IMG/VR virus record: IMGVR_UViG_3300034894_000019
Coordinates: 1 to 36,958 of that record
Direction: 5' to 3' (one strand)
Source of the DNA: a virus
Lineage: Duplodnaviria > Caudoviricetes
Length of the DNA stretch: 36,958 nucleotides
Below, in pieces: positions 1 through 8,440 of the stretch. The translations under genes and the position numbers were made by a program. Under the pieces are notes generated by a model, which was given only the letters and a program-made list of their open reading frames with translations, was not told the origin of the DNA and did not search any database. The number at the start of each line of letters is the position of its first letter. Position 1 is the stretch's first letter.

Positions 1-127
1 AAGCAAGCCATGAATACTTTCAATGAATTCAAACGAGAAGTGTTAGAAAAAGGAGCTGAATTCAATACCTCCAAAAAAGCTATCGGCACTGGGAATGCTC
101 TCAATCAGGCTCTCTATAATCTCATGA
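1..127. repeat. Terminal direct repeat (copy 1), probable circular-assembly overlap
   Basis: Exact 127-nt identity with 36832-36958. It falls inside a continuous ORF, and 127 is a common assembler k-mer size. Confidence 0.95.
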
Positions 128-321
128 CCCCGGAAGGACAACGTAAATCGAACGATCCGAAAGAATGGTCAAAAATAACTGGCCTGAGCCCGGACCCTGG
201 TGCCTGGTTTAAAAATACCAAGGAAGATCTACCAAAGATAGAACAGATGATCTTTCAGGCTGCACAAGCCAAGATGACACCCGGTCGCATTATCGACCGT
301 AACTACTGGTCTATGAAGTAA
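1..321 (+). CDS. C-terminal part of the ejection/internal virion protein that starts at 35551
   Basis: In frame with the ORF from 35551 across the overlap (ATG at 10 equals ATG at 36841). Full protein is about 533 aa. Confidence 0.85.
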   Translation, partial: KQAMNTFNEFKREVLEKGAEFNTSKKAIGTGNALNQALYNLMTPEGQRKSNDPKEWSKITGLSPDPGAWFKNTKEDLPKIEQMIFQAAQAKMTPGRIIDRNYWSMK

Positions 322-332
322 AAAGGGCTTTT

Positions 333-3320
333 ATGCCTCCACCTTCCATACTCGAGCTAACCTCCGGTGTACCAATCACGCAGCTAGGCGGATTGGTTGC
401 TGGCCAGGGTCCGGGGGTTCCGGTCTATTCTCAGCCCCAGGAGATGATAAACGCCGCCGGTCAGGTCGTCATGGTCAGTCCGTCAGACATGGCGCGCGCG
501 CAAACGCAGGGATTCTATATTGAAAGTAAAGAGGCCAAGCACCGCCGAGTATTAGAAGAACGTTTTGGTGGCGGTCTTGGACAGCTCGAGGCCGGAGCGG
601 TCGGCGCCGCGCGCGGCCTTACTTTTGGTCTGTCTGATTGGGCCTTAAGGTCTTTTGGGGTATCCGCAGAACGCCTACAGGCTCTCAAGGAAGCCAATCC
701 TATTGCCACCGGGATAGGTGAGTATGGAGCCTTGGGACTCAGCTTATTGCCCTCTGGCGGGGCTTCTATACTCGGTAGGGCGGCCGGTAAGGTATTTACG
801 ACCGCAGGCTTTGCGCCGCGATTGCTATCCTCCGGGGGCCGGGCGATTGCAGAAACAACCGCCAAGGCTCTAGGAATGGACGCCGCCAAGACCGGAGCCG
901 GTAGGGCGCTTGCCAAAATAGTCGGTGAGGGTGTCGGCCAGGCCGTGGAGGGCGGGGTCTATGGCGCTGGCATGGGTCTCTCCGAGGCAGCCCTGGGGGA
1001 GAATACCGACAGCGTAGCGGAGCATGTCCTGTCATCCGCAGGTCTTGGGGCAGTCATGGGAGGGGTGCTGGGCGGCGGGATCGCCGGAGCAAGTCAACTC
1101 GTGCGGGCCGGAATGGGTAAGATCGGAAAGACTTTTGCGGGAATGGCCCCCGAAGTAAAGATTGCAGCGGAGGAAGGCGCAGCTATCCCTACTGGTTTTG
1201 GCGCACTGGCCGAACTAAAACCTGCCGAGCTCGTCGCCGCAGGAACAGATAAACCGATAACTCTCCAAGAGGGTAGAGAGCTGGTTGATCTCTTCGAAAA
1301 ATCATCTGGTGAAACTATACAACCTGGATTCCGTGACAAGCTTGCCAAGGTTGGTCAATGGCTGACTGGCGTGGATTCAGCGAAGATAAAGAGGTTCCTA
1401 ACTCCTGAATTCAAGGAAGCGGTAACCTATAGTGATGAGAAGATCCTGAATGATTCCAAAAAGGCGTCTGGCCTTTGGAATCAGATCAAGGCATACATGG
1501 AACCAGTCGAAGATACTACAAGGAGTGAAAAGCCTGGAATATTTAGGGATTTGGTTCCTGAAGCGAAAAATGAAATCTCATCGACAGCTTCACTAAACCT
1601 CCTGGATGCAGTTCGCAATATTGTAAAACCAATGCTGTCAGTTAAGGGTGAAACGGTGCAGTACGGTCACCAAACGGCGCTCAGAAACGTTATGCAACTT
1701 GTGGATCGTACAGAGGATAAGGTTCTCAAGATAATCGAGGGTAAGGGATCTAAAATGGGGGGTGAACTCAATGGCGCCCTCGACCAATTCAAACGCGACT
1801 GGTGGAAGACTATCGATAACGTTATGGATTCTCTTGATAAGAGGCAATTCGCCGCGACAGAGATCGAAAAGGAAACAGCCAGGATTTTAGGCGACCAGGG
1901 TGGTCTCTATACTACCATGCAGAAGATGCTTGAGGATGGGGCGGTTTGGGGAAAGAAGGCCGCCGATACTCAAATGAAGTGGAATGCCGGCTGGACTAAG
2001 GCACTTGAGGATTCCCGGTATCGTTATAAACACCGCTTTATCAATGCTCACGAATCAACCGGCGGGCGTTGGAAGGTTGAGGCAGATCCCGCTGGATTCG
2101 AGGGATTCATCAACGACTTTGGAACAGCAAAGAATGTGCTCGATGAAAAGTATTTCGTGGAATCAATCGATCGACGGCTAGGCCTGGGTGACATCATAAA
2201 AGAAACCGGATTACTTTCCGACGCTCAAGAAATGAGTCTTGCCAAGGCACAACTCGCGGCGAAAGAACTCAAGGAGTTGCTTGGAAAGTCCAAAAGCCTC
2301 ATGACCATGAAGAACCAGGCCCGCCAATTTTCAGAGCAAGTCAGTCAACTCGCCGATACCGGCTCCGGCGTAACCTCCATTTTCGGTAAACTTTCCCAGG
2401 CTGCGACCGGTGGTGGACTTATAGCTGGCGGGGCCATGATTGGCGGACCCATCGGCGCGCTGGCCGGTGCAGCCGGAGCCATGGCAATTAAGGCAATCAG
2501 TAATCCAGCCCATGCCATGAACAGAATTGCCCAACTTTCACGGATTGTAAACGACTCGAAAAAAATCCTCTCCAATCGCTTAGAAAAATTCACTGGGAGC
2601 ATCGGACAGGAAGGAAAGAAAAAGTTGCCGATTAGCGCACCGGTTCGAGGCTTGGCAACAAGGGCCGCCGTCAGTTATGCGCTTGCTGAACGAAATGAAC
2701 AACACCAACAGGATAGATTTGAAAAGCAACAAGACGAGATCTTCAATATCTTGAATAACACGGCATATGCTGATAGCAGGATGGTGAACTCTACTAATTC
2801 GATCCATGATATCGCGCCGAGATTGTCAGTAGCCATGCAAAATAAGCAAAAGCAGTCTGTTCAATTTCTTGCTTCCAAAATGCCACGACCATTTGATGGA
2901 ATGAAAAAGATCCCAGATATCGAATTACGAAAATTTGACCGATATATCGATGCAATAAATGATCCTACGGCATTTATAGATAAACTCGCCGGAGGACATC
3001 TTGACTTCCAGGCAAGCGAGGTGTTACAAAATCTCTATCCTGAACTTCATAAGGAAATAATCTTTGAAGTCATGGAAAAAATACAACCAAAGATGGATAA
3101 ACTCACGTTACAGGATCGCACGGTTCTTACCCTTGGTCTTGGTATCCCGGTATCAAAGATCATGCAGCCTGACCAAATGGCCGGTATGCAGCAAACAACC
3201 GGGAATATGATCGCGTCTCAAGTTCAGGGAATGCAGCAAGGAATCGCTGCAATGCAGATGCCGCCACGAGAGAAAAGATTGGGAGAGATGACCTCTGCCC
3301 AAAGAGTCATGTATACCTGA
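333..3320 (+). CDS. Large DNA-ejection/internal virion protein (P22 gp16-like position)
   Basis: 995 aa with Gly/Ala-rich hydrophobic segments (GAVGAARGLTFGLSD, GGPIGALAGAAG). Third of three such genes after the nozzle gene. Confidence 0.75.
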   Translation: MPPPSILELTSGVPITQLGGLVAGQGPGVPVYSQPQEMINAAGQVVMVSPSDMARAQTQGFYIESKEAKHRRVLEERFGGGLGQLEAGAVGAARGLTFGLSDWALRSFGVSAERLQALKEANPIATGIGEYGALGLSLLPSGGASILGRAAGKVFTTAGFAPRLLSSGGRAIAETTAKALGMDAAKTGAGRALAKIVGEGVGQAVEGGVYGAGMGLSEAALGENTDSVAEHVLSSAGLGAVMGGVLGGGIAGASQLVRAGMGKIGKTFAGMAPEVKIAAEEGAAIPTGFGALAELKPAELVAAGTDKPITLQEGRELVDLFEKSSGETIQPGFRDKLAKVGQWLTGVDSAKIKRFLTPEFKEAVTYSDEKILNDSKKASGLWNQIKAYMEPVEDTTRSEKPGIFRDLVPEAKNEISSTASLNLLDAVRNIVKPMLSVKGETVQYGHQTALRNVMQLVDRTEDKVLKIIEGKGSKMGGELNGALDQFKRDWWKTIDNVMDSLDKRQFAATEIEKETARILGDQGGLYTTMQKMLEDGAVWGKKAADTQMKWNAGWTKALEDSRYRYKHRFINAHESTGGRWKVEADPAGFEGFINDFGTAKNVLDEKYFVESIDRRLGLGDIIKETGLLSDAQEMSLAKAQLAAKELKELLGKSKSLMTMKNQARQFSEQVSQLADTGSGVTSIFGKLSQAATGGGLIAGGAMIGGPIGALAGAAGAMAIKAISNPAHAMNRIAQLSRIVNDSKKILSNRLEKFTGSIGQEGKKKLPISAPVRGLATRAAVSYALAERNEQHQQDRFEKQQDEIFNILNNTAYADSRMVNSTNSIHDIAPRLSVAMQNKQKQSVQFLASKMPRPFDGMKKIPDIELRKFDRYIDAINDPTAFIDKLAGGHLDFQASEVLQNLYPELHKEIIFEVMEKIQPKMDKLTLQDRTVLTLGLGIPVSKIMQPDQMAGMQQTTGNMIASQVQGMQQGIAAMQMPPREKRLGEMTSAQRVMYT

Positions 3321-3331
3321 AAGGACAGAAC

Positions 3332-3703
3332 ATGAAAAAGAAAATCTTGTTGATCGTCACGATGGTAGTTGTTATACTTACCACTGGACTCTTGATCGCC
3401 GGCACCTATCCAATATGGCCGAAATCGACAATCTCAACTGCCGCTCAGTGTCCGGCCGTCACAACGGCGAACCAACAGTATACATTGCCTTCACCGGCGA
3501 TCTACTATTATGTCAAGGTGAAAGACGCTAACGTCTTTCTTCTGGAGGGTGCTAATCCAGTGGCGACCGTTACGCCGGCGACAGGACACGGCGCGTTTGT
3601 CGGAGATGGAGAGACTTGGGGACCGGTACGGATCAATGGCCCAAAGGTCGGGTTCATCGGTGATGCGGCGGGCGAGATTTGTTTCGTACCGCTTTATCAA
3701 TAG
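3332..3703 (+). CDS. Hypothetical protein with N-terminal signal peptide; small beta-rich domain, possibly virion-associated
   Basis: SD AAGGA. N-terminus MKKKILLIVTMVVVILTTGLLIAG; remainder is beta-rich. Confidence 0.7.
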   Translation: MKKKILLIVTMVVVILTTGLLIAGTYPIWPKSTISTAAQCPAVTTANQQYTLPSPAIYYYVKVKDANVFLLEGANPVATVTPATGHGAFVGDGETWGPVRINGPKVGFIGDAAGEICFVPLYQ

Positions 3704-3708
3704 TCGGC

Positions 3709-3769
3709 TGGCGGGCAATGTTAAAATCGCTGGATTCCCCTTCCGTGGCGAGGAAGGCATTGCCCGCCA
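3709..3769 (+). promoter_or_regulatory. Structured intergenic element (12-bp closing stem enclosing two hairpins) upstream of the holin-like gene
   Basis: TGGCGGGCAATG (3709-3720) pairs with CATTGCCCGCCA (3758-3769). Inner stems are AATC/GATT and CCTTCC/GGAAGG. Confidence 0.55.
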
Positions 3770-3790
3770 ATTAAACAAAGGAGTTGCGAT

Positions 3791-4210
3791 ATGAAAAACG
3801 TACTTATTTTAACCATCATCTTTGTGTTTCTTTTTCCTCTTGCATTGTTGGCTCAAGAGCCACCATTGGTGAACCCGCAAGATATCATCACTCAGATTGG
3901 CAAGGCAATAAATGATTGGTCGGTCCTGGGATGGGTGTACGGATCGATTGCGCTTGTTGGTGTGCTCATCATGATATTGCGGTTACCTTTGATTGACAAT
4001 TGGCTCGGTGATAAAAATCTCAAAAAATATAAACCAATCGTTGCCGGATTGCTCGGTGGTCTATCTGGCTTTCTTTCGACGTATGCCACGGGCGCCAAGT
4101 GGCCCCAAAGCATATTGGCCGGGATCGCCGCAGGACTCGCTGCTACTGGTGTTCATCAGGCTATTACTCAACCAAAAGATAACGCAATGCCAGTACCCCC
4201 AAAACCATAA
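3791..4210 (+). CDS. Holin-like multi-pass membrane protein
   Basis: SD AAGGAG. Signal-like N-terminus plus about 3 TM helices. C-terminal GIAAGLAATGVHQ resembles the GLAATG.HQ motif of phage holins. Confidence 0.65.
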   Translation: MKNVLILTIIFVFLFPLALLAQEPPLVNPQDIITQIGKAINDWSVLGWVYGSIALVGVLIMILRLPLIDNWLGDKNLKKYKPIVAGLLGGLSGFLSTYATGAKWPQSILAGIAAGLAATGVHQAITQPKDNAMPVPPKP

Positions 4211-4223
4211 GGAGGAAGGAATC

Positions 4224-4655
4224 ATGAAAGGTACAATCCTTGCATTCATTCTCTTCGTTGTCGTGGCTCTGGCTCTAATCTATTTCTTTTCCCACCTAGT
4301 AGGTTGCACCACTCGAACCAAATCCATCAATCCACCCCATCCAGAGATCGTTACCAATGAACAAGCCTTGGGCGGCCCTAGCGCCCTCGGTATTGTTAAG
4401 TGGACTGATGATGAGTGCAAAGCTCTACATAATAAGACTGTCGCTTACACGGCAGTAACGGCGGCCTTTGCTGCCCTATCTGGTGTCGGCGGCGCGCTGG
4501 CGGGAGCCATCGACCAGAAGACCTCGAGATGGATAACCGGATCTGTCGCTCTGAGCTCGGCCATCATCTCAGCGGTCATGGGTGTCTTACTCAAGTCTGC
4601 TGACGATGACTTTTCAACAGGTTGCCGGGTGGCCACGGAACCCGAGGAACCATAA
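4224..4655 (+). CDS. Putative lipoprotein/membrane protein (spanin candidate)
   Basis: Start reassigned to ATG 4224 (SD GGAGGAAGGA). Hydrophobic N-terminus ends in the lipobox-like LVGC, followed by two more hydrophobic helices. Adjacent to the holin-like gene. Confidence 0.6.
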   Translation: MKGTILAFILFVVVALALIYFFSHLVGCTTRTKSINPPHPEIVTNEQALGGPSALGIVKWTDDECKALHNKTVAYTAVTAAFAALSGVGGALAGAIDQKTSRWITGSVALSSAIISAVMGVLLKSADDDFSTGCRVATEPEEP

Positions 4656-4664
4656 AGAGGTATC

Positions 4665-5930
4665 ATGAGAAAGCTATTAATTGCTATTTGGGGAATCTTG
4701 TTGCTTGCTGGGACATTCGAGCAAGAACTTCCGAATGAGAACGATAGGAAAATAGGGCCAAAGGAAATTTATTGGCTAAATACAACTGTTGGCGTTACTT
4801 CTAACCGAAATCATTCCTTGACCACAGTAAATGCTGCACCGCCAGCAATTCAAACAGTTCCGTTGACTACAATAACAGATCCTAAGTTTACTACTCCTGC
4901 TATTAATACCGCTGTTATAGGATCGTATGCAACAGGCCAAAGCGGTTTGTATTCTCCTGGGGCAGATATAAATTTAATAGAAGGGCGTCACAGCTTTGAA
5001 ACTTGGGCGGCTGGATCACCAACAGGATGGACTTCATATCTTGGTGCAGGATCTATATTAACTCAAGATACCACTAATCACATTCATGGGTTAAGTAGCG
5101 CAAAATTGACTCAAACAGGAAATGAGGCTGTATTGTACAGCCCGTGCTCAACAACCAATATCGGAAGCGGAACCGGTCCTTGGTATGTAAGATGTTTTGC
5201 TAAAAAAACCAGCGGTACGGCTTCTTGTGGACTTTTATTAACTGAATATTCAGACGGTGCTTGTGCTACTTATGTTACCGGAAAATGGTTAACATCTCCT
5301 CCTTTAAGTGATGTACCAGTAACGTGGACTCCAATAGGAAAATCTTTTTCGAGTAGCAATACAATAGGATCGTGGATTATTACATTAGCGTGTAATCCCG
5401 CAACTGCTGTTACTTCATGGGATGCTTGCGAATTGTATCCTGGCACAGAATTAAAAGATTCACTCTGCGTTAATGATGCTGATACTACCGCTGCCTGTGA
5501 TGCTAGTATTACATCTGGGACATATCAATTAAGTGCAACTAAAAATTGGCATATATCAAAGACTGTTTCGACTCCTTATGATTGGAGCGACACCAGCGGG
5601 AGCTTCTTGTTTTATATCCCCCCAACTGCTGGTGATAACAACAAGATGAATCTGTATATTAATAATGATGCCCTCTATTGGGAAGTATATACAAGCGCGG
5701 GAGTACAAAAGCAAGCAATAGTAGCTTGTGCAAAGAATGCCCATCAAGAAGCAATTATAAATATATATCACACCAAGCTTGGAAACATTAAAGTTTGTTG
5801 CGACTCAACCTGTGGAAGTGCAGTTAGTGGGGCAACGATTGCTACTCCATCTTCAACATTTTATCTTGGGAATAACGCATCAGCAGGGTACAATACGTGG
5901 ATCGATAACTTGAAATTCTTTGATAAGTGA
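4665..5930 (+). CDS. Putative receptor-binding/tail-appendage protein (CBM-like plus LamG-like beta-sandwich) with signal-peptide-like N-terminus
   Basis: NLIEGRHSFETW...PTGW is typical of CBM4/9-like domain starts. FYLGNNASAGYNTWIDNLKFF is typical of LamG-like ends. Thr/Ser/Cys-rich. Confidence 0.55.
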   Translation: MRKLLIAIWGILLLAGTFEQELPNENDRKIGPKEIYWLNTTVGVTSNRNHSLTTVNAAPPAIQTVPLTTITDPKFTTPAINTAVIGSYATGQSGLYSPGADINLIEGRHSFETWAAGSPTGWTSYLGAGSILTQDTTNHIHGLSSAKLTQTGNEAVLYSPCSTTNIGSGTGPWYVRCFAKKTSGTASCGLLLTEYSDGACATYVTGKWLTSPPLSDVPVTWTPIGKSFSSSNTIGSWIITLACNPATAVTSWDACELYPGTELKDSLCVNDADTTAACDASITSGTYQLSATKNWHISKTVSTPYDWSDTSGSFLFYIPPTAGDNNKMNLYINNDALYWEVYTSAGVQKQAIVACAKNAHQEAIINIYHTKLGNIKVCCDSTCGSAVSGATIATPSSTFYLGNNASAGYNTWIDNLKFFDK

Positions 5931-5939
5931 GGTGTCTAC

Positions 5940-7082
5940 GTGGCAATTGAAAACGTAAAAGCTGAAGACTTTGGCGATTGCCGAGTCGATTTGGGTTTAG
6001 CAGTCAATGCCGCCATTGAGGAGATAAAACCAGATGGAGGAAGTATAGAACTCCCAAAATATCCAACAACCCTATTGACCGGAATAAACGACACCAACAT
6101 TCAAGTTCCTATTCTGTTTCATGGTTATGGCCGGGCGGCCCCTATATCGGCAAAAACAACGGGGCATGTGACAGATTATACGGGGTCAACGTTTCATGAA
6201 TTCAGGGATATTTTAATTACTGGTAACTCTATTGCCATGCCTCAAACGGCATTCTTTTTAGCTCGTGATTCCGATAACCGCGGAGGAGGAAGATGTATTT
6301 TTAAAAATATAGAAACCATGGGGCATTTTTCCAAGTCTGTAATTTACGGTTATGGCGCAGAATGTTTGAGATTTGATGCAGGTTGTTTTTTCGTAAACAG
6401 CGAACCTGGTGCTAAAACAGCCACATTTACACGAAACAATCTGATGGGTTTGACTAGCGGATATGCTGCAATTGCCACTGGCGCACAATCAAATACCGAA
6501 ATACGCATGATAGGAACAACAGTCAATAACTATGGTGGGGCAGACTCTATTGGGCTTTACTTGCATGGAGTAAGCGGCTTTTCCTGGGAGGGCGGGTATT
6601 CATCAGTTGGTGGTCGCGCCCCTATCTGTCTCGACGGGGGTGGTGATCCTGATTTGGCTTGTTTGGATATTGGTATCAGAAATATTAGAACAGAAGCGAA
6701 TCCAACTTGTAAGAATTTGATCTATTTCAAAGGTGGAGAAGGAAGTGTTTTTCAAACCATAGTTTTGCAGAATATCAGTGGTCATACTGAAGCATTCGCT
6801 GATGGTGGCAGAACAATATACAGTGAAGACGGCTCACAAATAATTGATGCGAATATCGATAATATTTATGAGGCTGGTAGTCAGACTTTTGATTTGTATT
6901 CTGCTCAAGCATCATTGATAAATAGTTCACTGTATGATTTCTATGGTCGTTACAGCTTTCCTGGAAATATAATCAGGGTACCGTCGTCTGCTCGATTGCA
7001 TCTTAGTCGGCCAGAATTTGATTTGACAAGTGCTTTCTTTTTGGCCGACCAGGGTATATTTTGGAAACCCGTTGCACCTTAA
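5940..7082 (+). CDS. Pectate-lyase-like beta-helix protein (tailspike/depolymerase)
   Basis: GTG start with SD GAGGTG. N-terminal NVKAEDFG...AVNAAIE...GGSIELP matches the cap of Pectate_lyase_3-type beta-helices. Confidence 0.7.
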   Translation: MAIENVKAEDFGDCRVDLGLAVNAAIEEIKPDGGSIELPKYPTTLLTGINDTNIQVPILFHGYGRAAPISAKTTGHVTDYTGSTFHEFRDILITGNSIAMPQTAFFLARDSDNRGGGRCIFKNIETMGHFSKSVIYGYGAECLRFDAGCFFVNSEPGAKTATFTRNNLMGLTSGYAAIATGAQSNTEIRMIGTTVNNYGGADSIGLYLHGVSGFSWEGGYSSVGGRAPICLDGGGDPDLACLDIGIRNIRTEANPTCKNLIYFKGGEGSVFQTIVLQNISGHTEAFADGGRTIYSEDGSQIIDANIDNIYEAGSQTFDLYSAQASLINSSLYDFYGRYSFPGNIIRVPSSARLHLSRPEFDLTSAFFLADQGIFWKPVAP

Positions 7083-7107
7083 AACTAATAGAATAAGTAG
7101 GTGAGTC

Positions 7108-7491
7108 ATGAAAAGAACACTTTTGGGAATGCTGGCTGCGGCTGGTATCATAACGGTTGGGATTAGCGTGTTGACAAACAATGCCACGGAACCAATTAAC
7201 AAGACGGACACAAAGTCTATGATGCTGGTCTGTAAGGACACCGGAGGCATTAAGGTAAAATGGAACATTGACACCAAGGCGGTCGTCCCGGACAATTGCA
7301 AAATTGTCTCAAGTAAAATAACCAAGGAAGACAGGAAAAGCTCGAATACCAAAACTGCACTCGAAACAGAACTTGAAACCGTTTGCTACCCGTGCAAGAT
7401 ATCACCGGGTCAATGGGGTCAATGCCCCGGTTGTTTGCTATTGGAAGGTGGTTGTGCAAAGGCTTGTCCTGTTCCTGTCAAACTACCCTAA
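7108..7491 (+). CDS. Hypothetical secreted/membrane-anchored Cys-rich protein
   Basis: N-terminal hydrophobic helix. C-terminal CYPC...CPGC...CAKAC. Confidence 0.65.
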   Translation: MKRTLLGMLAAAGIITVGISVLTNNATEPINKTDTKSMMLVCKDTGGIKVKWNIDTKAVVPDNCKIVSSKITKEDRKSSNTKTALETELETVCYPCKISPGQWGQCPGCLLLEGGCAKACPVPVKLP

Positions 7492-7506
7492 AAGGAGGTG
7501 ATCTCA

Positions 7507-7557
7507 ATGCCATGTGGTAAAGGAAAAGGCAAAGGCGGACGCGGAAGAGGACGGTAG
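7507..7557 (+). CDS. 16-aa basic micropeptide MPCGKGKGKGGRGRGR
   Basis: Strong SD AAGGAGGTG 6 nt upstream of the ATG. Its TAG directly abuts the next ATG. Below the ORF-track size cut-off. Confidence 0.6.
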   Translation: MPCGKGKGKGGRGRGR

Positions 7558-7869
7558 ATGACATCTGAAATTGACTTGCTTCCTTTGATCATCAAGATAG
7601 ACAATGAAAATGCAGCCACTCTTGTGCTCGCCAAGGATATCCAGATTCAGCTCGATAGGCACATCGCTTGCTGCGAAATGTTGGCAAGAGCCAGAGATGA
7701 GGAGAAAAGGAGAGAGGAAAAAGAGAAAAAAGAGAAAATAGAAAACATCGCCCTCAAACTGAACAAGTGGGGAAATTTACCGGTCTGGATTATGATTCTC
7801 TTGTCTGGATCTTCCCTTGGTCTATCGGTATTGGTCTTCATCTATACCTTTCTGAAAAATAAGGATTGA
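7558..7869 (+). CDS. Coiled-coil protein with C-terminal TM helix (lysis accessory/XhlA-like topology)
   Basis: Charged coiled coil followed by LPVWIMILLSGSSLGLSVLVFIYTFL. Last gene of the late block. Confidence 0.6.
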   Translation: MTSEIDLLPLIIKIDNENAATLVLAKDIQIQLDRHIACCEMLARARDEEKRREEKEKKEKIENIALKLNKWGNLPVWIMILLSGSSLGLSVLVFIYTFLKNKD

Positions 7870-7893
7870 CAAAAGAACAGGGATCGTTAGAAT
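7866..7893 (+). promoter_or_regulatory. Sigma70-type promoter P1
   Basis: TTGACA-16 nt-TAGAAT. Confidence 0.6.
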
Positions 7894-7926
7894 AAGAATC
7901 TGACTGTCCGTTTGTCTCACTACCCA

Positions 7927-7965
7927 TGAGCCCTCGCGGTGGCGAACTGCGGGGGCTCAACTTTT
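7927..7965 (+). terminator. Intrinsic terminator ending the late operon and/or a short P1 transcript
   Basis: 14-bp stem TGAGCCCTCGCGGT/ACTGCGGGGGCTCA with loop GGCGA, followed by ACTTTT. Confidence 0.7.
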
Positions 7966-7968
7966 AAG

Positions 7969-7996
7969 TTGACAGAAAGATAGAAAGCTATATAGT
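7969..7996 (+). promoter_or_regulatory. Sigma70-type promoter P2
   Basis: TTGACA-16 nt-TATAGT. Confidence 0.65.
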
Positions 7997-8005
7997 TGTC
8001 TTTTG

Positions 8006-8075
8006 ATTCGGGGCATAGGTGCTGGGTCGCTCCCGGCGCCGATGGTTGCCTCCCCCCAGGTGACTCGCCCCGAAT
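8006..8075 (+). ncRNA. Candidate structured RNA (three-way junction) at the 5' end of the P2 transcript
   Basis: ATTCGGGGC/GCCCCGAAT closing stem. Arms are GGTGCTGGG-TCGCT-CCCGGCGCC and GGTTGCCT-CCCCCC-AGGTGACT. Multiple G-U pairs favour RNA structure on the + strand. Confidence 0.55.
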
Positions 8076-8093
8076 ACTTTGATGGAGAGAACT

Positions 8094-8408
8094 ATGAACG
8101 AACAGGTCAAGGAAGCTCTAAAAAAGAATCTTGTTTCTTGGGGAGACATGTTCGGTGGTAAGGGCGCGGAAATGATGTTCAGTCATTTGATTGAATGGTT
8201 GGAAGAGATTGAGCAGAAAATTAAATTTGTAGATCAACTACATATTGATTACTGGGTTGATCATCAAAAAGCACATATCGATCGATACTTCAATATACTC
8301 TTTAAAGAAATAGAACTCAGAAAAGAACAGCATAGGAAGCTCGAAGAGCGAGTGAAAAAGTTGGAAGAACTATGTAAATCAAATCGACCATTTTCTCCAT
8401 TGGATTAA
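8094..8408 (+). CDS. Hypothetical protein, coiled-coil C-terminus
   Basis: ATG 8094 has SD GGAGA and is in frame with the track ORF at 8079. Confidence 0.7.
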   Translation: MNEQVKEALKKNLVSWGDMFGGKGAEMMFSHLIEWLEEIEQKIKFVDQLHIDYWVDHQKAHIDRYFNILFKEIELRKEQHRKLEERVKKLEELCKSNRPFSPLD

Positions 8409-8440
8409 TGATCCATTCCCGAAATCGGAGGGGTAATCAG

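Noticed and set aside
1-127. Biological direct terminal repeat
   Set aside because: Length equals a common assembler k-mer and it cuts through the middle of a gene, so it indicates circular assembly rather than genome ends.
3993-4223. N-terminal extension of the 220-aa track ORF
   Set aside because: It overlaps the holin-like gene. The strong SD and signal-like N-terminus support ATG 4224.
8048-8059. Trans pairing of the C6 loop with the 17816-17824 terminator arm
   Set aside because: Only about 7 contiguous low-complexity base pairs, not distinguishable from chance.
8006-8075. tRNA gene
   Set aside because: Only two internal arms, no TTCRA T-loop, no 7-nt anticodon loop and no CCA end.
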